Shown here in pieces: positions 58,601 through 64,000 of a stretch of DNA of 64,000 bases. Below the pieces are notes generated by a model, which saw only the letters and a list, made by a program, of their open reading frames with translations, had not been told where the DNA came from and made no database searches. Each line of letters starts with the position of its first letter. Position 1 is the first letter of the stretch. The stretch is from Cyanophora paradoxa CCMP329 (Eukaryota; Plantae; Glaucophyta), in contig QPMI01000015.1 in assembly GCA_004431415.1 (NCBI GenBank), forward strand, positions 545,596 to 609,595. The letters run 5' to 3'. The translations under genes were made by a program, and so were the position numbers.

Positions 58601-61600
58601 GGCGGGAACTGCCCGAGGGGCACCCCGAACGTGATCGTCACCCGCACGTCTGCGTCCAAGCCGGGCGGGCGGGCAGGGGGCCGTCAGCTCCCGCTCAGCT
58701 CCACGACTAGACCAAACGAGGGCGTACCCGGGCTCTCGCGGACAGAGACGAGGTAGGAGGCGGCGGCGAAGGGCGACCCCGAGGCCGCGATGGCGAGGTC
58801 CACCTGCGATTTCGAAGCGGGGGCGGGCGGCGAGGCTAGGCTCAGCTAGGCACTAGGAGGGAGGGGGGTGCACGCGCCTGCCAGTCGCCGGAGCGGAGGC
58901 TGGAGAGGCGCGCCGTTTCGCCGATCCCGAGCGGCGCGAGGGACGGCAGGGAAGCGGCGCCCGGCCGGGGCGCCAGGCTCCACGAGAAGGCCAGCGGCGA
59001 CCCCGCGGGGGGGAAGAAGCCTTCCGCCGCCCTGGGCGCCGTCAGGTTCACCTGAGGAGAATTCAGGGACGGGGGAAGGGGGGGAAAGAGCCTCCGGGGT
59101 ACGCAATGCACCTCGGTGGCGGGGAGGAGTACGGTGATATTGAAGGAGAAGGAGGTGGCGGATGGGAGGGTACCATTCGGCGCAGTTGTTTCGTTCGCGG
59201 TCGCGAGGACGAGGACGAGGAAGGGGGCGGGTACGGAGATGCCGCCCTCGTTGTCGGTTACGGTCAGGTTGAAGGTGTAGTTGCCGGGGGTAGGGATGCC
59301 GGGGACAGTGGGGGCCAGGCCGGCGAAGCGTACCCCGCCCCGCGCCCACGACCCGCCGGCGACGGCGCCGTCGGCGTCGAAGGAGCGCGAGCCGTTGAGG
59401 ACGAAGGACGCGTTGACGGGTACGACGAGGGGCGCGGGGGGTACGACGGCGATCGGGAGGAGGTTCGCGGCGATCGCGAGGGCGACGCGCGCGGGGGAGG
59501 CGTCGAACGCGGTACCCCCCGCGGAGAGGGCGAAGAAGGAAAGGGAGTACGAGGCGTTGGAGCCGCCGAGGCCGCGCGGGGCGACCAGAGTGACGTTGGC
59601 GACGGCGCGGACGGACGTCGCGTTGCGGCCCTGCGAGGCCTGCAGCGGCGCCGCAGCCAGCTCGAACGAGGCGGGGAGGGGTACGGGGCCGAAGGAGGGG
59701 CCGGGGGACACGAGGACGGCGGGGAGGGGCGCGGGGGAGGGGCCGGCGAGGGGCGAGGCGAGGGCCGTGAGGTTGGCCGAGAGGGGGGCGGCGGCGGTGT
59801 GCGAGAGCGTGACGAGGAGCCAGGACGTAGCGCCCTCCCTAAGGGAGAGGGCGGAGAGGGAAGAGGCCAGGTCAAGGCGGGGGCGGGAGACATTGAAGGG
59901 CGCGAGGGCGAGGGCCGGGTTCGGGAGGAGCGTCCGGAGCCGAAGCGTCCCCTGCGACACGCTCTGGTTCGCCGCGAGAGCCGCAGGCGCGGTGGGGTAC
60001 ACCGTCCGGTTCTCGTTCGGCAGCTGCGTGGGGGGAGGGGTCAGGCGGGGGCGAGGGGCGCGGGGGTACGGGGCACGCACGAATGCGCCGGTGCCGAAGG
60101 AGTACACGTCGGGGGAGGAGGAGACGGAGAGGGAGGGGTACGCGAGCGCGCCGGCGCCGACGGCGATGGGGCGCGCCTCGGCGATCCGCACGACCGGCGA
60201 GGGGGGTACGAGGGCCTCGCTGGAGGGTAGCCAGAGGGCGGCGACGGGCCAGGAGGGGTACGACTTGCTGTACAGGGGGGAGGAGACGGTTGGAGATGTG
60301 TCCGACTGGGCCGTCATGTTCACAGCCGCGTCGGTACCCCCCACAACGAAGAGAACGCCCCCAGCGGCGGCCATCGAGGCCCCAAAGAGGGGTGCCGTCA
60401 CGTTCGCCTGCGAGGGGGGTACGGGTTAGAACATCTGGGGGTACGGTGATCACAGGGGGTACGGTACCTCCTTGACGGCGTCGTCGAGGGAGAGGGGGAA
60501 GCTCTGGAGGAGGGCGGCGGTAGCCCCCGGGAGGCCCGACACGGTCAGCCGGGACCAGACGGCTGTACCCCCCTGGCTCCGCAGCACCCAGGCGTCCGAG
60601 AGCGGCGCCGAGGGCGACGCCGGATCGTAGCCTGTCGAGAAGCGTAAGCGGCCGAGGAAGAAGAGGGAGGGGGGGGGAAGTTGCGGGGGGTACCGCCGTA
60701 GATGAAGACGTCGGTTCCGCGGGCGGCGATCCCGAAGAAGGCGCGGGCGGGGGGGCCCTGCGCCGGCCCCGCCGCCCACGCCCCCGCCCCCGCCGTGTAC
60801 AGCGCCGTGAGCGCGAGCGCCGGCCCCTTCAGCGGCGTCGCGATCGCCGGGTCCTTTGCCATACCCCCGAAGAGCACGAGGCTGTACCCCGCGTCGGCCT
60901 CGACGGCGACCATGCGGTGGCCGAAGAGGCCCTGCGCGTAGTACCCCGAGGGCAGCGCGGGGCCCTGCGCCCACCGCTTCGTCGCAAGGTCGTACACGAG
61001 TGTGTCTGACGAAGGAAAGTCACGGAAACTAAAAAGAAGCGCCGCATGCGCAAATTAATGTTGCTGGGGCCGCACCGGCGTACGGGATTACGGTGTCAGA
61101 GTACCCCACCTCGGAAAAGACGCGCACGATGCCACCCGTCACGTACAGCTTACCCCCCAGGGCCGCCATCGCCGCCTGGCGGCCGATGGCATCAGAGCGC
61201 GTCTCTGCAGACGGGAACGGATCCCGAGCGGACCAGGCAGCGCTGGATTGTAATAACACAGCGCGACCTCATTATCCTATAGATTTTTCGGAGTTAAAGA
61301 ATCCTAAGTTCATAGAGTTGGAGTGTTTATATTAAACCGCGGTCTTATGATTCTATACATCTCATATGGTTTAAGTTCAACCCAAGGATCTGATCATGAG
61401 CGGAGCCATCACGGACCAGGCGGCGCTGGCGGAACGGGTTGGGGGCGACGGCCGCGTCCGTGTCGTTGGCGGCCTCCTCGGCCCACTTCCACGTCGTCGT
61501 GTCGAGGGCGCTGAGGAGTTCCGTGCCCACGCCGTTCTCCTTGAGCCCCCCGAAGACGTACACTCTGCGCCGCCGGCGCCGCTCCCCCGTCAGGGTCGAG

Positions 61601-64000
61601 CGGGATCGATCGGCTTCGAACGCGCTGCGCACTTCTCGCCAACGGCGGCGGCGGCGGCGTGCGAGCGCTGGTCGGTGAGGCCCGAGTGGCTGGCCATGCT
61701 CACGTGCACGCCGGTCTGCGGGCGGGTGGGGCCGGTTTGAGTCAGCCAGCGTGGATCCGAATCGCTTCGAGGGGGCGCACCGCGGGGTCCCACATGGCCG
61801 TCCGGTCGCTCGCGATTAGCCAGAGCTTGTCCCCGACGGCCTGCGAACCCGCTAAGAACGACGAAAACGCAAAGCGTAGCGTAGCCGGGGCGCACGAGGA
61901 GGGCGTCGTGGGGGGCGAGGGTCAGTGAGGCCGTCCAGTTCGCCCGGTGCGCCTCCGCCTCGGCGGCCGGCAGGTACGACTGCACCGCCCCGCGCGCGAG
62001 GGCCCCGGCCGGCGCCGCCGGCAGCACGGAGAGAACCAGCGGCTCAGTGAGGGTGGAGGTGCCGCCGGCCTCCGTCAGGAGCAGAGAGACGTTGAGGCCG
62101 CCGTGGAAGCCGGCGGGGGCGGCCGCCTGCGTGGCCGGGCACTGCACTTTGTAGAGGACGGCGCCGCCCGTCAGGTTGCCCGAGCCGGCGATCGTGGCGG
62201 CCGCGTCCGAGAGGCCCACGCGGCAGCGGAGCGTCGTGTCTAAGGGCAGCGCTTTGCCGCTCATGAGCGCGACCTGCGGAGGGTACGAGATGATGAGAGG
62301 CGGGACGCTCAAATCAAACCAAAGCATTAGAGGTCGGCCGCGGGCCTCGAGGGTGAGGGAGCCCGTGGCGGGGAGGGCGGCGGCGCTGGGCGTGAGGGAG
62401 AGCAGCGTCGGGCCGCTCTCGAGCGTCGCGTTGCGGGCGACGCGGCTGAAGGCGCGCGCCGGCCACGCCGAGGACGTGAAGGCGACCAGCAGGCCCGCCT
62501 CGACGGAGAGCGGGCCCGGCCAGCGCGGCGCGCGGCAGTCGAAGGCCGACGCGTTGCCGGGCACGGCCGCCGCGACCAGGGCGAAGGGCACGCCGGAGAG
62601 GATGCAGGAGCGCGCGGCAGAGGCCGGCGGCGCGGGGTTGCCGGCCGGCACCACGCGGAAGCGGCCGCCCTCGGCCCGCGTCACCGCGCGCGGCGCCACC
62701 TCGCTCTGCGTGTCCGAGACCTCTGCGGGCTACGCGTGGGCCGGGGCAAAGGGGGGAGGAAGCCGCGGGAAAACGGGTACCGTAGAACTCGAGGGGGGTG
62801 GAGATGGACGCCCAGTAGGAGGCGGGCTGGACGATGGCGGGCGGTGCGGAGAGGGCGAGCGCCTGCACCCCCCGTCCCGCGAAGCCCTCCGGCGTCGCCA
62901 GCGTCAGCTGCAGCGACGGCGGGTCGGCCACCGTCGAGCCGGCCTTCTGCACGATAGTGCCCCGCGAGGTGTTAAACCCGGGGCCGAAGGAGACCACGAC
63001 GGGCCCCGAGAGCATGAAGGGCGTCGCCGCCGTCGCCTGGAGCAGCGCCCGACGGAAGCTCGCCGTCGCAATGTTGAGCCCGTTGCCGGCCGCTGGAATC
63101 GTGTAGAGGCCCGGAAAGGTGGGGAAGCCGGGGGACGGGCCCAGGGCGAGTCCCAGAGCGGCGTCGGCCGCGTACGGCGCGAACTTCTCGTCGAAGAGGG
63201 GCGAGCCGCGGGAGGGGAGGCGGGCCTCGGGGGCGGCGAGGGCGAGGGAGGCGAGGCCGGCGTCGCAGGCGCCGGCGGCGATGCCGACGTCGTCCACGCT
63301 GAAGTACACGTTCGCCGCTGCAGGCGGGAGCGCAGGAGCCCGTCAGAGACTCTTTCCATCGCTAAGGCCAAACCAAACTGCACCCGCACCGGAGGGGAGG
63401 GGCTCGTTGCCCCCGCTTTCGCCGCCGCTGAACGAGTCGCTGAAGTCCGCCACGATGTAGATCCGCACGTACGGCGACCACCTGCGCGGGGCTGAGGGGG
63501 GTAGAGGGAGGGGAAAGGCAGGACAAGCGTACCCCTGGAAGGTGACGTAGTGCGTCTGCCAGGTCCCCCAGGCCGCGAGGTCCAGCCTGGGGGGAGCGGA
63601 GTGGCTCATATGACAAGTGCGATCAGATGGGAGGGAGTCGGAGAACGCGGCGCGCACGGCTTGAGGAGCATGCAGGAGGAATCGGCGAAGTCCGTTCCGA
63701 CGAAGTGCGTGTTCTGCGAGTTGGAGGGGCCCCAGACCACCACGGGGCAGGCCGCCGTGGGGGTTCCGATCCCCCGCACGATGTCCCAGGGCCTGTACCC
63801 CGGCGAGTCGACGTCCCACGAGAACTTTAAGCCCACGAAGAACTTCGCCTTCGTCTCGTTGAACGCCCCGTACTGAATTGAAATGGAAGAGGCGTGATTT
63901 AGGGGGGGGGTACAGGAGAAAAAGGTGAGGGGGGTAGGAGGTAGGGCACCTTGACGCGGGCGGCGAGGCAGGAGGGACCCGTGATGGGCACGTGGATCGG
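52838..64000 (-). CDS. Large surface protein: IPT/TIG-like + Kelch repeats + PKD-like + SEA-like ectodomain, then multi-TM region (fungal TRP-like/FLC type); 5' end beyond the window
   Basis: Kelch motifs (VYVFGG, LYVTGG, LVLFGG, VFIYGG, LFVVGG); PKD-like LNGSRSFDADG..PGNYTFNLTVTDNEG and SSESSYDADG..VRWAQTKGP; TM region (IITHV|QFVAATSFLAVSLP, YLVVSMLNRLATAAVLG, LLFVLAVRPFRDRIENLME, GINFGWAVALF); charged tail; stop at 52838. Confidence 0.75.
56500..56640. repeat. Intronic AT-rich tandem repeat (AAGGAGTTCATGCTTTATTTAAACAAGCTAATGCTT-like, ~3 copies)
   Basis: Repeated GGAGTTCATG, GCTAATGCTT and TTTAAACA blocks. Confidence 0.75.

Noticed and set aside
1-64000. Prokaryotic or viral origin (operons, defence island, alternative genetic code)
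   Set aside because: Spliceosomal introns, tRNA-Ile(AAT) with a Pol III terminator and F-box/HMG/JmjC genes all translate under the standard code.

Overview
This is eukaryotic nuclear DNA: GC-rich, gene-dense, with many short (mostly 50-150 bp) spliceosomal introns that often use GC donors. A Phe-containing plastid transit peptide with no signal peptide suggests a primary-plastid alga, most like a glaucophyte (inference). All gene models were assembled by eye from splice signals, so exon boundaries are approximate, and homopolymer indels suggest long-read errors. Contents, left to right: (1) a giant minus-strand polycystin-1/REJ-like surface protein with a ~6.5 kb (Ser-Pro)n shaft, running off the left edge; (2) a tandem triplication of an F-box/LRR gene plus the 3' end of its neighbour; (3) a plastid-targeted VIR3/At2g21960-like HExxH protein, head-to-head with a DH-PH (RhoGEF-like) gene; (4) JMJD7, head-to-head with a fourth, inverted F-box/LRR copy; (5) a GT23/FUT8-like fucosyltransferase, head-to-head with a TM/coiled-coil gene that hosts an antisense intronic tRNA-Ile(AAT) and an array of 15 symmetric phase-1 mini-exons; (6) a SOX/MATA-type HMG-box gene flanked by palindrome-rich spacers with small poly(A) retroposons; (7) a large Kelch/PKD/multi-TM surface protein running off the right edge. 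The most unusual signals are patchy GGGTAC/GTACCC motif saturation reaching into synonymous codon positions, chains of overlapping micro-palindromes, splice-junction copies inside introns, the giant SP-shaft polycystin, the mini-exon array, and hypervariable LRR loops in the F-box paralogues.
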